A stretch of DNA of 63,984 bases, counting the filler, from Octopus bimaculoides (taxonomy: Eukaryota): NCBI RefSeq assembly GCF_001194135.2. It is 7 parts of 7 records of this genome, joined end to end, with 100 filler letters (N's around TTAATTAATTAA, not from the genome) between each part and the next. Parts side by side here need not be neighbours in the genome. Positions count along the whole stretch, not along the records: positions 27,175 to 34,404 come from NC_068998.1; positions 34,505 to 42,700 come from NC_068981.1; 5 more parts are not named here. One strand, given 5' to 3'. The position numbers and the translations under genes were made by a program. Within the stretch, counting starts at the first letter, position 1. Every line of letters begins with the position of its first letter. The notes under the pieces were generated by a model. The model searched no databases and had not been told where the DNA came from. It saw only the letters and a list, made by a program, of their open reading frames with translations. Shown here piece by piece: positions 27,190 through 40,118 of the stretch.

Positions 27190-27426
27190 TTTGAGCATGG
27201 CCATTGCCAGTACTGCCTGACTGGCCCTCGTGCTGGTGGCACATAAAAGCACCCACTACACTCTCGGAGTGGTTGGCATTAGGAAGGGCATCCAGCTGTA
27301 GAAACTCTGCCAGATCGGATTGGAGCCTGGTGCAGCCATCAGGTTTGCCACTCCTCAGTCAAATCGTCCAACCCATGCTAGCATGGAAAGCGGACGTTAA
27401 ACGATGTAGAGGATGATGATGATGAT
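27190..27426 (+). mobile_element. 3'UTR end of an RTE-clade LINE with (GAT)n tail
   Basis: GGTTGGCATTAGGAAGGGCATCCAGCTGTAGAAA...CCCATGCTAGCATGGAAAGCGGACGTTAAACGATG. The homologous copy at 52740-53128 is joined to RTE-type coding sequence. Confidence 0.75.
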
Positions 27427-27455
27427 AGCAGGCATGGTTGTATGGTGAGAACAGA

Positions 27456-27626
27456 TGCAGGTGTGGCTGTGTTGTAAGAAGCTTGGTTCCCAACCATAAG
27501 GTTCCAGGTTCAGTCCCACTACTTGGCACCTTGGGCAAGTGTCCTCTGCTATAACCCCTGACCCAAATCTCATGAGTGGATTTGGTAGATGGAGGCTGAA
27601 AGAAGCCCATCATATATATATATCTG

Positions 27627-27667
<41 letters not shown>

Positions 27668-27883
27668 ATATCTATGTATGTGTGTCATTGTGTTTGTCCT
27701 CTACCACTGCTTGATGACTGGTGTTGGTGTGTTTATGTTCCCATAACTTATTCAATCAGTTGATTTTGCTGAAGCACTAAGTACTAGACTTTAAACATAA
27801 GTCTTGGGGGGGGGGTCAATTTGCTAAACTAAAACCCTTCAAGGCAGTGCTCCACCCTGGCCACAGTCAAATGACTGAAACAA

Positions 27884-27884
<1 letters not shown>
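27456..27884 (+). mobile_element. SINE family A, diverged
   Basis: Head, CORE-like segment and tail homologous to 2635-3035. Confidence 0.85.
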
Positions 27885-27918
<34 letters not shown>

Positions 27919-27969
27919 GCACACATATATATATATATATACACATACATGTATACAAAGACACATATA

Positions 27970-28006
<37 letters not shown>

Positions 28007-28594
28007 GTGTGTATGTATGTATGTATGGATGGATGGATGCATATATAAATGCGTAATTAGATGAATTCTTGCATTCATATATTTATTCAAATATACAAGA
28101 ATAAAGGAACGGGTACATGTGTGTATGTGTGTGCATTTATGAATTATAAATATGTGAATTTCTGTATTCATATATACAAGTGCATTTCATAAAATTAGAA
28201 TAGCAAGGAAAATTGAATATTTTATTATTTTTATACACAGTAGAAATGACAGCTGTACTTCATACAGTCTGTAAAGAATCTCATTTTTAGACTGATTACT
28301 GTAGAATAACAAGTATAAGAGCACAGACAAAGATGTGAATTCTACTTAACTCAAAATGTATCCATACCATTGTCTGTACACATTTGAGTAATACCCTTTC
28401 AGCCAATGTTCTTACATAACTTTTACATTGTATGTATTTTATTCCAGGAAACACTGGTGTTGCAATCATGGGCAAGACTTCCTGGATAACTACTGCCCCC
28501 CACCAGAAACACCCAACTCATGCACTCAGCTAAGAGAGGTAAGCACAGAAATTATAACTAGAAAAGCTCAGTGGTCCCAAGAATTTACTATCAA

Positions 28595-29035
28595 AGGCAC
28601 AGGAGTGGCTGTGTGGTAAGTAGCTTGCTTACCAACCCCATGGCTCCGGGTTCAGTCTCACTGCGTGGTACCTTGGGCAAGTGTCTTCTACTATAGCCTC
28701 GGGCCGACCAAAGCCTTGTGAGTGGATTTGGTAGACAGAAACTGAAAGAAGCCTGTCGTATATATGTATGTATATATATATACATATATATACATATATA
28801 TGTGTGTGTGTGTGTGTGTCTATGTTTGTGTGTCTGTGTTTGTCCCCACAACATTGCTTGACAACCGATGGTGTGTTTACGTCCCCGTAACTTAGCGGCT
28901 CGGCAAAAGAGACCGATAGAATAAGTACTAGGCTTACAAAGAATAAGTCCTGGGGTCGATTTGCTCGACTGAAGGCGGTGCTCCAGCATGGCCACAGTCA
29001 AATGACTGAAACAAGTAAAAGAGTAAAAGAGTAAA
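28595..29035 (+). mobile_element. SINE family A, full length
   Basis: Near-consensus copy with (GTAAAAGA)n tail. Confidence 0.92.
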
Positions 29036-29396
29036 GAATTTCTTTGGGATATCATGTGGGCTAGCATGATATGGCAGAAAGAGGAGCAATAGCAAGATGA
29101 AGAATTAATGACTGCAGCCTTTGCATTGGAAAAGAACAAGTCTAACTATGTGGGAGAGATCCATAAGGGCTGATAGAAGCAGGTGTTAGTGCACTAAGGA
29201 CCACCATGCGTAGGGAGCATCAGAACAAAGATCGCATCAGAACAAAGATCGCATCAGCCTAGGCCCCAATACAGCACCAAACTTCTTAATGACAGGCAGT
29301 ATTACAGTCAGTTGATTTGGTTACAGGAGTGGGGGGAGAGGAGAACTTATTTGTGGTTCAAAGTCTAGTTTTCTGATATGAAGTAGTTTTGTATAG

Positions 29397-29798
29397 GTGG
29401 AGGCATGGCTGTGTGGTAAGAAGCTAAAAGGCGGCGAGCTGGCAGTATCGTTAGCACGCCGGGTGAAATGCTTAACGGTATTTTGTCTGCCATTACGTTC
29501 TGAGTTCAAATTCCGCCGAGGTTGACTTTGCCTTTCATCCTTTCGGGGTCGATAAATTAAGTACCAGTTATGCACTGGTGTCGATGTAATCGACTTAATC
29601 CCTTTGTCTGTCCTTGTTTGTCCCCTCTATGTTTAGCTCTTTGTGGGCAATAAAGAAATAAGAAGCATGCTTCACAATCACATGGTTCCAAGTTCAGTCC
29701 CATTGCATGGTACCTTGGGCATTATCTTCAACTGTAGTCTCAGGCCAACCAGAGCCTTGTGAGTGGATTTGGTATTCAGAAAACCAAAAGAAGACCAT

Positions 29799-29834
<36 letters not shown>

Positions 29835-29930
29835 CACTGCCACTTGAAAAACCAGTGTTGGTGTGTTTATGTTTCTGTAACTTAGCAGTTTGGCAAAAAA
29901 AGACCGATAGAATAAGTATCAGGCTTAAAA
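29397..29930 (+). mobile_element. SINE family A with a family B SINE (29425-29658) inserted in its tRNA head
   Basis: The A head GGCTGTGTGGTAAGAAGC is broken by B (GGCGGCGAGCTGGCAG...GGGCAATAAAGAAA). TAAGAAGC is duplicated at 29417-29424 and 29659-29666. Confidence 0.85.
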
Positions 29931-30429
29931 AAAGATAAATAAATAAAAGAGTGCTGCAGTTGATTCATTCCATTAAATTTTCTTTATAAGTGTGCTTAGA
30001 AATATCATCATTGTTTTTACTTTCTTTTTTCTATGCTAGCATGGGTGAGAAAAGTATTCCATTCCAGAAATCCCCTATTGGTCTCCTCTTTACCTCCAAA
30101 GCATTTAGGAAAACATTGAAACCAAAGAAGTTGCAGCTTTCATTTCACATCCTGTCTTTGCTCTAATTTAATGGATACACTCTACTTTTGGATATTCACA
30201 TATTACATTCTAACATTTTGCAATTTGGATTTAAATGGTCCTTTTGTATATAAACCATAAATGTTACCTTTTTTTGTCAACAAAATATTGTGAATGTTTC
30301 AGTTTATATTTAGTGAGTTTAACACAAAATTGTGGTGCTTTAACTTAATTGATGACAATATCCAGTTTTTGCATAATTGCTCTAATTCTCTAAGATTCAC
30401 CTTTTCATGTATATTTATATGAATATTAG

Positions 30430-30479
<50 letters not shown>

Positions 30480-31224
30480 TACATACACCTAAATAATATA
30501 CATGTATATACATACATACAAACACACATACATGCACACATACATGCACACATACATACATATATAAATATACAAGTATGTATGTATGCATATTCAAATA
30601 TTTATATATATATAAATGGGTATGTATATCTATCTCTCTATATATATATATACAAGTATGTATGTATACATATACAAATATTTATATATATATAAATGGG
30701 TGTATATATATATATGTATGTATGTGTGTGTATATACATATACAAAGATGTGTGTATGTTTGTATGAACATATATATAANNNNNNNNNNNNNNNNNNNNN
30801 NNNNNNNNNNNNNNNNNNNNNNNNNNNNNNNNNNNNNNNNNNNNNNNNNNNNNNNNNNNNNNNNNNNNNNNNNNNNNNNNNNNNNNNNNNNNNNNNNNNN
30901 NNNNNNNNNNNNNNNNNNNNNNNNNNNNNNNNNNNNNNNNNNNNNNNNNNNNNNNNNNNNNNNNNNNNNNNNNNNNNNNNNNNNNNNNNNNNNNNNNNNN
31001 NNNNNNNNNNNNNNNNNNNNNNNNNNNNNNNNNNNNNNNNNNNNNNNNNNNNNNNNNNNNNNNNNNNNNNNNNNNNNNNNNNNNNNNNNNNNNNNNNNNN
31101 NNNNNNNNNNNNNNNNNNNNNNNNNNNNNNNNNNNNNNNNNNNNNNNNNNNNNNNNNNNNNNNNNNNNNNNNNNNNNNNNNNNNNNNNNNNNNNNNNNNN
31201 NNNNNNNNNNNNNNNNNNNNNNNN

Positions 31225-31550
31225 AGTAGTGATGGTGGTGTTGGTGGTGGTGGTGGTTTTGGTGGTGGTGATGGTAGTAGTAGTAGTAGTAGTGATGGTA
31301 GTGTTGGTGGTGGTGGTAGTAGTAGTAGTAGTGATGGGGGGGGTTTGGTGGTAGTAGTAGTAGTAATAGTGATGGTGGTGGTGTTGGTGGTGGTTTTGGT
31401 GGTGGTAGTAGTAGTAGTAGTAGTAATAGTGATGGTGGTGGTGGTAGTAGTAGTAGTAGNNNNNNNNNNGGTGGTAGTAGTAGTAGTAGTAATAGTGATG
31501 GTGGTAGTAGTAGTAGTAGTAGTAGTAATGGTGGTGGTGGTAGTGGTGGT
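31225..31550. repeat. Compound (GGT)n/(GTA)n/(GAT)n microsatellite
   Basis: Directly visible. It is the source of the poly-V, poly-T and poly-H pseudo-ORFs. Confidence 0.95.
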
Positions 31551-31999
31551 TTCTAATGTAAAGGATAATTCCAATGGACAAGAAGAAGTTCGCATATTGA
31601 ATGGCAATCCCCAAAATCGCGTCAGTCCCCTAAATATTAGATCATCAGTAGATAATTAAATTCCTACCTTTATGAATTTATGTCACTCCCAATAGCTCGT
31701 AAGAAAAGATATAAAACAAATAATTATTAGACTATTTGTAGAACACACTGCAGTGTGGTAAAATTGTAGTACATGAATAATAAATAATGTTTATAATAAA
31801 TATTTCCTATTGGATGTCAGGCAGTTGTGTTTTCTGCAGTCGTAGAACATTTAATAATATTGTAAATTAACTTATGGTGTTGAGTCTATTTAAAGCTACA
31901 TAGCACAGAAAATATGTTAGTCAGGCTTTTAATTTGTATTTTATCATTTTATGTTTTACATTTCCAGAAATTTGATTGCAGAACGTCCCATTTATGATG

Positions 32000-32230
32000 A
32001 TGATCATCATCCTCATCCTCATTTAACATCTGTTTTCCAAGCTGACCAGAGCTGGCAAGCCGGAGAGCTGTACACCAGGTTCCAGTCAGATTCGGCATGG
32101 TTTCTATGGCTGGATGCCCTTCCTAACACCGACCATTTTACAGTGTGTGCTGGGTGCTTTTAACGTGGCACCACCTAAGTGCTTCTATGTGGCTCCAGCA
32201 CAAGTGCTTTTTACATGCTGGTGCCATGTA
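32000..32230 (-). mobile_element. Diverged RTE-type LINE 3' end
   Basis: Reverse complement of the GGAAGGGCATCCAGC...GTTAAATGA(GAT)n tail seen at 27190-27426. Confidence 0.7.
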
Positions 32231-34267
32231 GTACATCAGGTACCTAGTTGCTGTGAGTGAGTATCTCAGTTATTAAAATAGATACACTGTCTTTCTGTAT
32301 GTTGTAAGAGGTGACTAAAAAGCTGGCATCAAAATATGGCACCTGGCTATAATACACAGCGTCAAAAAAAATAAAATACTTTTCTCACCCATGCTAGCAT
32401 AGAAAAGAGAAAGTAAAAACAATCATGACAATGATGATATTTCTAACCACACTTATAAAGGCCACAGCTATTTTTTGGTGTTGGGGGAGATATTTAAACA
32501 TCTGCAGTATGTGACTGGTACCTTTTATCTTTTACTGTTTACTTGTTTCAGTCAAAAGACAGTGGCCATGTACTTTGTTTTATCATTCCAGAACAATGGA
32601 AAATAAAGTTAATCCCAGCAACATTTGAACTCAGAACAATGTAAGTATACATAGCAAGATATCACAAAACACTTCATTTGAATCTCTACTGATTCCACAA
32701 ATAAATAACTATTTCTCTGTTGACTGCAAAGGTACTGAATTAAGTCAATCGATTGTTACTGATTTCTTACATAGGCACATCATTTCAAATCTGGGAAGAT
32801 GGTATAATTGATTATATATCAACTCTAGTACATAACTGGTACTTTATTTTATTAATCTTGGATAAAAAAAAAAAAACAGTATAACTGAGTACGCCAGGAT
32901 TTTAATTCTGAACATAAAAATCTTCAAGTAACTCATTTTGTCGAATATTCTGCCAGTGTCATCAGTTAATAACCGTTACAAATTTAGGTGCAAAATCAGT
33001 AATTTAGGAACAAAAAAAAAGTTAGTCGATACTATCAACTGCAGCACTTGAGCTAATGTTTATTTGATCAATCTTAAAAGAATAAAAAGCAAAGTTGACC
33101 TCAGAGCATAAGGAGTCAGAACAAATACCACAACGCATTTCGTGTGACACCATAATGATTCTGCAAATTCACCACGCATCTGTCAGCTAATAATAATTTC
33201 CATTTGTTTTTTTTTGTATTTATTATAATGATTTTTAACAACTTCTAATTAATACTAGTTTCTGATCTAGATACTTGGTCAACAAGTTTGAAAGGAAATG
33301 GCTTGTCAATGTCAGTGATCCCAACACTTCACAGATACTTTATATTACCAACCTCAAAAAGCAAAGTTGATTTTGGCAGGATTTGAATTCAGAATGTAAA
33401 GAGCTACCGCAAATGTCAAAGTAATTTTACTGATGTTTAGATGATTCTACAGATACACTACCTTAATAAAAACTATATACATAATGAAAATTTTTTGAGA
33501 TTTGAACCTAGGATGTAACGTGCTAAAACAAACATCAGTTTTTTTTTTTTTCCAGGTGTGCTAATGATTCTACTAACTCACCATCTTAATAAAAAAAAAA
33601 AACTACAAATGCTTAATGAGAATGTTTTGCGAATATTTTATACATCCTGAATGTTTTTAAATCTTGATTTAAAGATCTAATTAAATTGCTGTTTATTGCC
33701 ATGTGTTGGAGCTTAAAATAAAAATAAAATTGCACATCTATATTTTTTAAGGCTGATTATTATATTTTTCTTTCATTTATTATCATACAAAATAAATTAT
33801 AGGGTGTTGAAAAACTGCTGACATTTTATTGCAAACATACCAAATCACATGTTACCTCTGTCACAGTAACTGTTGTGCAGGGAAGGTGTTCATTTCATAA
33901 ATCCATGATTGCAGGTTCAATTCTACTGAGCAGCAATTTGGATAAGTAAACCTTTCATTGACCCCCAAGCATTATGAGTAAAAGTAGATAAACAAAAACT
34001 GTGCAGAAGCCTACCATATGGTACCAGGGTTTGCATTGTGAGGTTTGAAACAGTTAAAAAACCTTTTTAATATCAAAAGCAAGAGACTGTCTCTAGCTCT
34101 ATGACATAACCTTGTTTTAGGATGATCTAAATTTCACATCAAAATTTTCACACACACACATGTAATGTAACTCTGAGTCATTTGCTAGCCCTAAAATTCC
34201 GGGCCTTGCGCCTAGAGTAGAACAGAATAAAGAGTTTCATGAATTCCATTTTCTTTCATTCATATTT

Positions 34268-34323
<56 letters not shown>

Positions 34324-35159
34324 AAAGTTGGTATGTGAAAGCATGTGGTTGGATGTATAAAAGATAATAAGAGTGAAAAAACTTGTGTTACATGGTTAAA
34401 GTATNNNNNNNNNNNNNNNNNNNNNNNNNNNNNNNNNNNNNNNNNNNNTTAATTAATTAANNNNNNNNNNNNNNNNNNNNNNNNNNNNNNNNNNNNNNNN
34501 NNNNTATATATATATATATATTTATCTGCATACATACACACACGCGCGCGCACGCACACAAACACACATATACACTCCTTTGGTTTTAATTATACTCCAG
34601 TTGTTCCTCTTTCAAGTAATTTACCGCCACTTTGTATTGTAGTTTAAGTGACTGAAGTAAGTTACTCAGACACGTGGCAGTCAGACTGCGTGTGACAATG
34701 TGTGTGAAAAAGTTAGTCCTTTGAACTACTGATGTAGTCTATCCGCCTGTATTCCATTTAGTTTCTATCTACTCAGTTTCACTCACAAGATTTGAGTTAT
34801 CTGGAGGTTATTGTAAAAGATATTTGTCCATGGTAGCATGCAGTATGATCGAACTCTTGACCATATGATTGTGAAGGCGGTGTCAGCATCCACCTGGAGT
34901 CTACCTGGGGTAGTGTGCACTAGTGGTACACCACATGAGGTAGGGTGACATTGTCTTCAGCTTGTTTCTATATCGTCTCTTTATTCTTGGACCACATGGT
35001 GGCGTGGAGACATGGAGTGAGAACCATGACAACTGCTGGTTTTCTATACATTCTTGCCCAAGAGAGGACAAACTCAAGCAAGACTTTCTAGGTGCAGATC
35101 CATAGAGATATACGGATACCAAATAACACGCGCGCACACGCACACACACACACACACAG

Positions 35160-35214
<55 letters not shown>

Positions 35215-37053
35215 TGCGCACGCGCGATTATGTATGCACGTATGGGATTCTCTTTGTTTTCTCTTTTTCCTCTATTCTTCCCACTTCTTTTGACTAATTC
35301 TTTCATTTTCTGCAGCCTGTTTATTATATTTAGTCTCTACTTCCTTCTGTCTTCCTTTCGTCTCTTTTCCTGTGACTTTCTCTCTCTTTGCTTTTACACT
35401 TTCTAGTTTCACCTCTCTCAACCTTCTCTTTCCCTCCTGTATATTTCCTCATTTATCTTTTAAATTTTGTCCCTTTTCTTTCTATTTCTGTCTTTTCCTA
35501 TCGCTTCTCCTTTGTTCTCGGCATTTCTTGTACACTCACAAATACCCTTTCCTTTTATCCATCTATCTCTTTCCCTCTCTCTCCTCTCTTTTATTCTTTT
35601 ATGTTCTTTGTATCTATCGGGCACACGCAAATACACTTTCTCTCTACATACATCTCACTCTCTCTCTCTCACCCTCTCTCTCTCACCCTCTCTCTCTCAC
35701 CCTCTCTCTCACTCTCTCCCACTCTCTCTCTCTTTTTCTTCTTTATACGTTTACTGTCTATCTCGCACACAAATACATATACACAGTTTGATATCCCAGG
35801 GAGTTATTTTTTGTTATTTTTTTTTTACGTTTAGTTTTCTGTGATATTTGTTAAGCGATGCTCGGTCTAAACAGTTTACAGAAGAGTAACGAGGTCGTTT
35901 TCCTGGGTGTTCTATCATTAGACGTTTCTAACGAAGGTATCTTGCAGAGTCAGATTCTAATACTATCTAATTGATTTGCTACCGCAGCTGCTTTGTCTAT
36001 ATTCGTGAGAAAGTTCCGAGAAATCAAAGCCATTCAGTCATCTTAATGCTTGAGAAAAAATAGTCCTTGACAAACATCACGCAATAACCTTGATTCAAAG
36101 CCACCTTGTATTCTGCTTCCTTATGAAAAGCACATTTTCCTTCTACTCTTATTGAGTTATCGTATGATTTGAGCAATTCGACATGTGTAAAAAAAAAAAC
36201 AAAAGTGGGTGGAGGAAGAAACTGATTTTCTGTAACAAGAGATATTTTAAATGAAAATACACACGGATACACATACAACTATCACCATCTCCAACACCGA
36301 TGCTACTAACACCTACATCATTACCATTGTTTTAATGATTCAAAAGCGGATGAGTATTAAGACATGTAGAGCTCAAAACTAAATGATTTGTTTCCAAATG
36401 GTTCGTGTTCAAATCCTATTGGAGTCGACTTTAACCTTCCGTTCCTTTCACGAAAAATAATTTCCAGTTAAGTACAGCTGGTGATTTAATCGGTATAAAT
36501 ATAAGACGTTCTACCAGTGTAATAAATTTTTACCCATAATTATCACCTTTTGTAAGTAGTCTAACGTGCTGTGTTTTGAGGTCTCTGGGTGAGACTTGGT
36601 ACGGTTCGCATAAAATAAAGCAATATCAAAACATAATAACAAAAATGGTTTCAGATTTTGACACAAAATCAGTAACTTCATGCTCAATTGGTACTTGTTT
36701 TATCAACCACGAAAGAATGAAAGGCAAAGTCGAGCCCGGTAAAATTTGAAGGCATAAAAATAAAGCATTTTCGGTTCGATTAAACTTTGAAAAATTGACA
36801 TCCTCTACGTAATTGTTCTTTCATTGATTATATTTATCATTATTCTGCTCACAAGTGCTGTTGGTATTGCTTCTCCACGCCTCCATAATACCAAAGCTTT
36901 ATTAACATATTAGCTACATCAGTGTCCGGAAGTTTGAACATCAAATTAAGCAGCCAATAGATTTTCTCTTGGATCACTGTGAAAGTAAATCAGTCAGTAA
37001 AGACAGGCCTCTCTTTCTGTATCCTAAGATCCCCGTCAAGTACCCTCGACGCC

Positions 37054-37140
37054 TTTTCGCGCCGGCAGGCCACTTCACTTCTTGTCTAGTGTGCAATCGT
37101 ATTGTGCGCGCACATAGGGTTTTCGTTTCCACGCAAGATG
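37054..37140 (+). repeat. 87-bp exact inverted copy of 39919-40005 (mariner 5'UTR up to its ATG)
   Basis: Base-by-base comparison gives 87/87 identity to the reverse complement of 39919-40005. Confidence 0.92.
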
Positions 37141-37296
37141 GTTTCAGATTGGTTTTGATTTTGGTTTTGATTTTTTTCTCCTGCGATAGTCTATTCTGTT
37201 TCCCTGCAAAAGAATGGATTGTTACAATTGGGAAAAGGCTTCGGCTTCGTCAACTTCAGAGACCGAGAACGAGCCGATCTCATCCCCTATTTCCAC

Positions 37297-37550
37297 TGGA
37301 ATATGAAGACCGAAATGACACCAGCGATCATTGGAACATTAGGACCTCTTAAGAAGGGAATGGAAAAGTTCACAAACCGTATCTGGTCAACATCAACATT
37401 AGTGTAATCTAGAAGATCTCACTTCTTGGAACAGCTTACATGTTACGGGAAGTGTTGTCAATCATGTGACATCTCTGTAGTGCCTCAAGACTGCAGTTTG
37501 ACCCGGCCCTAAGGGATATAAAGCAGGACTCACAAAAAGAACAATAATAA
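37297..37550 (+). mobile_element. 3' fragment of a NeSL/HERO-like RLE non-LTR retrotransposon
   Basis: WNMKTEMTPAIIGTLGPLKKGMEKF, then after a frameshift NINISVI*KISLLGTAYMLREVLSI. This is homologous to the C-terminus of the element at 43339-45979 and ends in AATAATAA. Confidence 0.7.
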
Positions 37551-39258
37551 CGGTTTCTGATTGAGGAACCTTAGTGCTTGACTAGTACTGTATATTATCG
37601 ACTCCGGAGGGGAAAAGAGAAAGTAAATCCCGACAGGATCTGAACTAAGAATGTAAAGAGTTCAAGCAAATATTGCAAGGGTTTTTTTTTCTGACGCTTT
37701 TCCCAGTCTACCAGCTTGCTGACTTAAATCGTAGTTTCTGATTTAGGCATGACCAACAATTTTGAGATGAGGCGGCTCGTCAATGACATTGATCCAAGTA
37801 TCAGACAAAAGGCGAGTCTAACCTCATTGAGGCATAAAACCATTCGTTTTGGGGGCTGGAACAGTCGATTAGATCAACATCAGTGTTTCACTGGGTTTTA
37901 TTTTATCTCCCTTGGAGTGACGAACACACAACAAAAGTCCATAACCCAAGACGTCCTAGAGTGTTATAAGTAGTATTGCTACAGCAGTATGAACGAAAAC
38001 TGAATTTCCAGACGAAATCACCTACAATTGCCACCAACAGGAATCATTTACCCAGAACTACAGCATTGCAAAACTATCATCAGAAAGGCAAAACATGTTT
38101 TGTGCATCACACAGCCTACAGTTTTTGTTGTCTTCTAAATTTGTTCTTTGATCTGTCGATCTCAACTAAGTTTGCGGAATCTTTCTCCCTTCAACTTCTT
38201 AGGCAAGATGTGTATGTTATCAGCATTCCCACCGAAAAAGCTTCCATCTTTTATGCCCACATCACTTCTCCTAAAATGTCCATCTCCACTCCTGCAGAAC
38301 ATGTATAACCTTATCTAGTTAGGTCCCTTTGCATTTTCAGTTCAAACTCCATTAAAGTAACTTTATCTTTCATTACATCAAATCGCTAAAACAATCGCCT
38401 GTAATATACCGGGGTCAATTAAATCAACTCCACATCTAGCCAGTATTTGTTACTTTGTTCTCCTCCTGTGAGAAACCATTACTGTATTAATTATGTAGCA
38501 GAATGTTGGCAATTCGGATTCGGTTAAGTGTTGCAAATCGGTTTTCCTCGGAACCGTTATACACATGAGCATCACCAATTCCCGTATTCTGTATATAAAA
38601 CTTATTTTTTAAAAATGAATTTTTATTAATATATCCCATATGGAAAGGAAAATAATTTAGTTGAAACTTGGAATACACTCGCAGGGATAATCTCCTACTA
38701 ATGGATAACTCAAATATTAAATAATCACGTGTCTAAAATTTATTAATTTAATTAAAAATTCAGATGTATTAACTGCGAAATTGGTAACATATGGAATTAA
38801 AAATAATGTTTTAACTAATCGATTTATTATATTTTCACGACAGACGTTTCCTAGTGAAGCCTGTAATCAATGGAATTGACTGTAGGATATGTCTGGCAAT
38901 TGTTTCACCGACTATCGTTAGATAAATTCTCAACAAACCGAGACTAGAACGCGGTTTTCCTTCTTGTGTAAAGCTACTTAAGTTCCAAAGCCCCTTGGGA
39001 AATTCATAGCCATTGGATTTTCCTCGATTTCTAAAGTATGAGGTATTTGTGAGAAGAATTCAGTTTTCGAGTTTAGGACTTTAGTATCCTTATACAGATT
39101 GAATATTCGGTATTATTGAGTCATGCGTTTTTGATAGATGCTTGATACATCTAAATACAACAGAACGTTCTCGGTCAACCTTGCCTACTACTTAGATAAA
39201 GAAAAAGGAAAAACAAAAAAAAACCCCGACACTGATCAAAGAATAGGAAATAAATATA

Positions 39259-40118
39259 CGCGGCGCGTTCAAAACGTATCTGACTTTATTTTTCTCCGCC
39301 AAAACAAACGTTTTGCGTAGGAGGTGATCCAACCCTTCCTGCACATGCGTCAAAATTTTCGTGCTGGTAGGCTGCGGCGGTTCCCGGCTGTTACGCCTAG
39401 AGTACAGACGTGTAGCATGCGCTCGTCGATTTTTCGCTTTCACCAAATGAATCGAGCAGAGATATTGCATCAAGTTTTGCCAGAAACTTGATGAAACTCA
39501 AGCTCCAGAAGATTCAGCTGACCCTTGGCGATGGTGCCATGTACAAAAATCAGATCAAGGAGTGGTACAATCGCTTCAAACACGGCCGCACCTCAGTGGA
39601 GAGCGAGGAGCCGAGATGAAAAGCCAGTTGAGAAGTTTCGGCGAATAGTCATGGAAGACCGTCGTGTTACAACCCAGGAAATTGCTCATGAAATGAAATA
39701 AATACAGGATCAGAGCATTGCATTTTAACAGAGGATTTGTGCATGCAGAGATTTTCGGTGAAATTCGTCCCCAAGGTGCTGGCGGAGCATCATAAGCAAC
39801 TCTGCATGGAAATCTGTCAGGACATGCTAGACTTTGCAAACCACATCCAAGACTTCATGAAGACCATCATCACTGGTGACGAGTCATGAATTTATGGTCT
39901 CTTCTCGATAAATTCGGTCATCTTGCGTGGAAACGAAAACCCTATGTGCGCGCACAATACGATTGCACACTAGACAAGAAGTGAAGTGGCCTGCCGGCGC
40001 GAAAATTTTTGTGCATGCACAAAAACGGTGGCGTCACCTCCCTCATCAAAAGATTTTATCCATGCAGCCTCAGTTTTGACGAGAAAAAATGAAGTGGGAT
40101 ACTTTTTAATGCACCTCC
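39259..40118 (+). mobile_element. Non-autonomous mariner derivative (N-terminal HTH up to the first catalytic D, then an inverted second left end)
   Basis: TA at 39257-39258 and 39119-39120-equivalent right end (40119-40120). Imperfect ~50-bp inverted termini. Decayed translation IEQRYCIKFCQKL...KEWYNRFKHGRTSVES...KFVPKVL...KTIITGDES*IYG. Confidence 0.88.
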
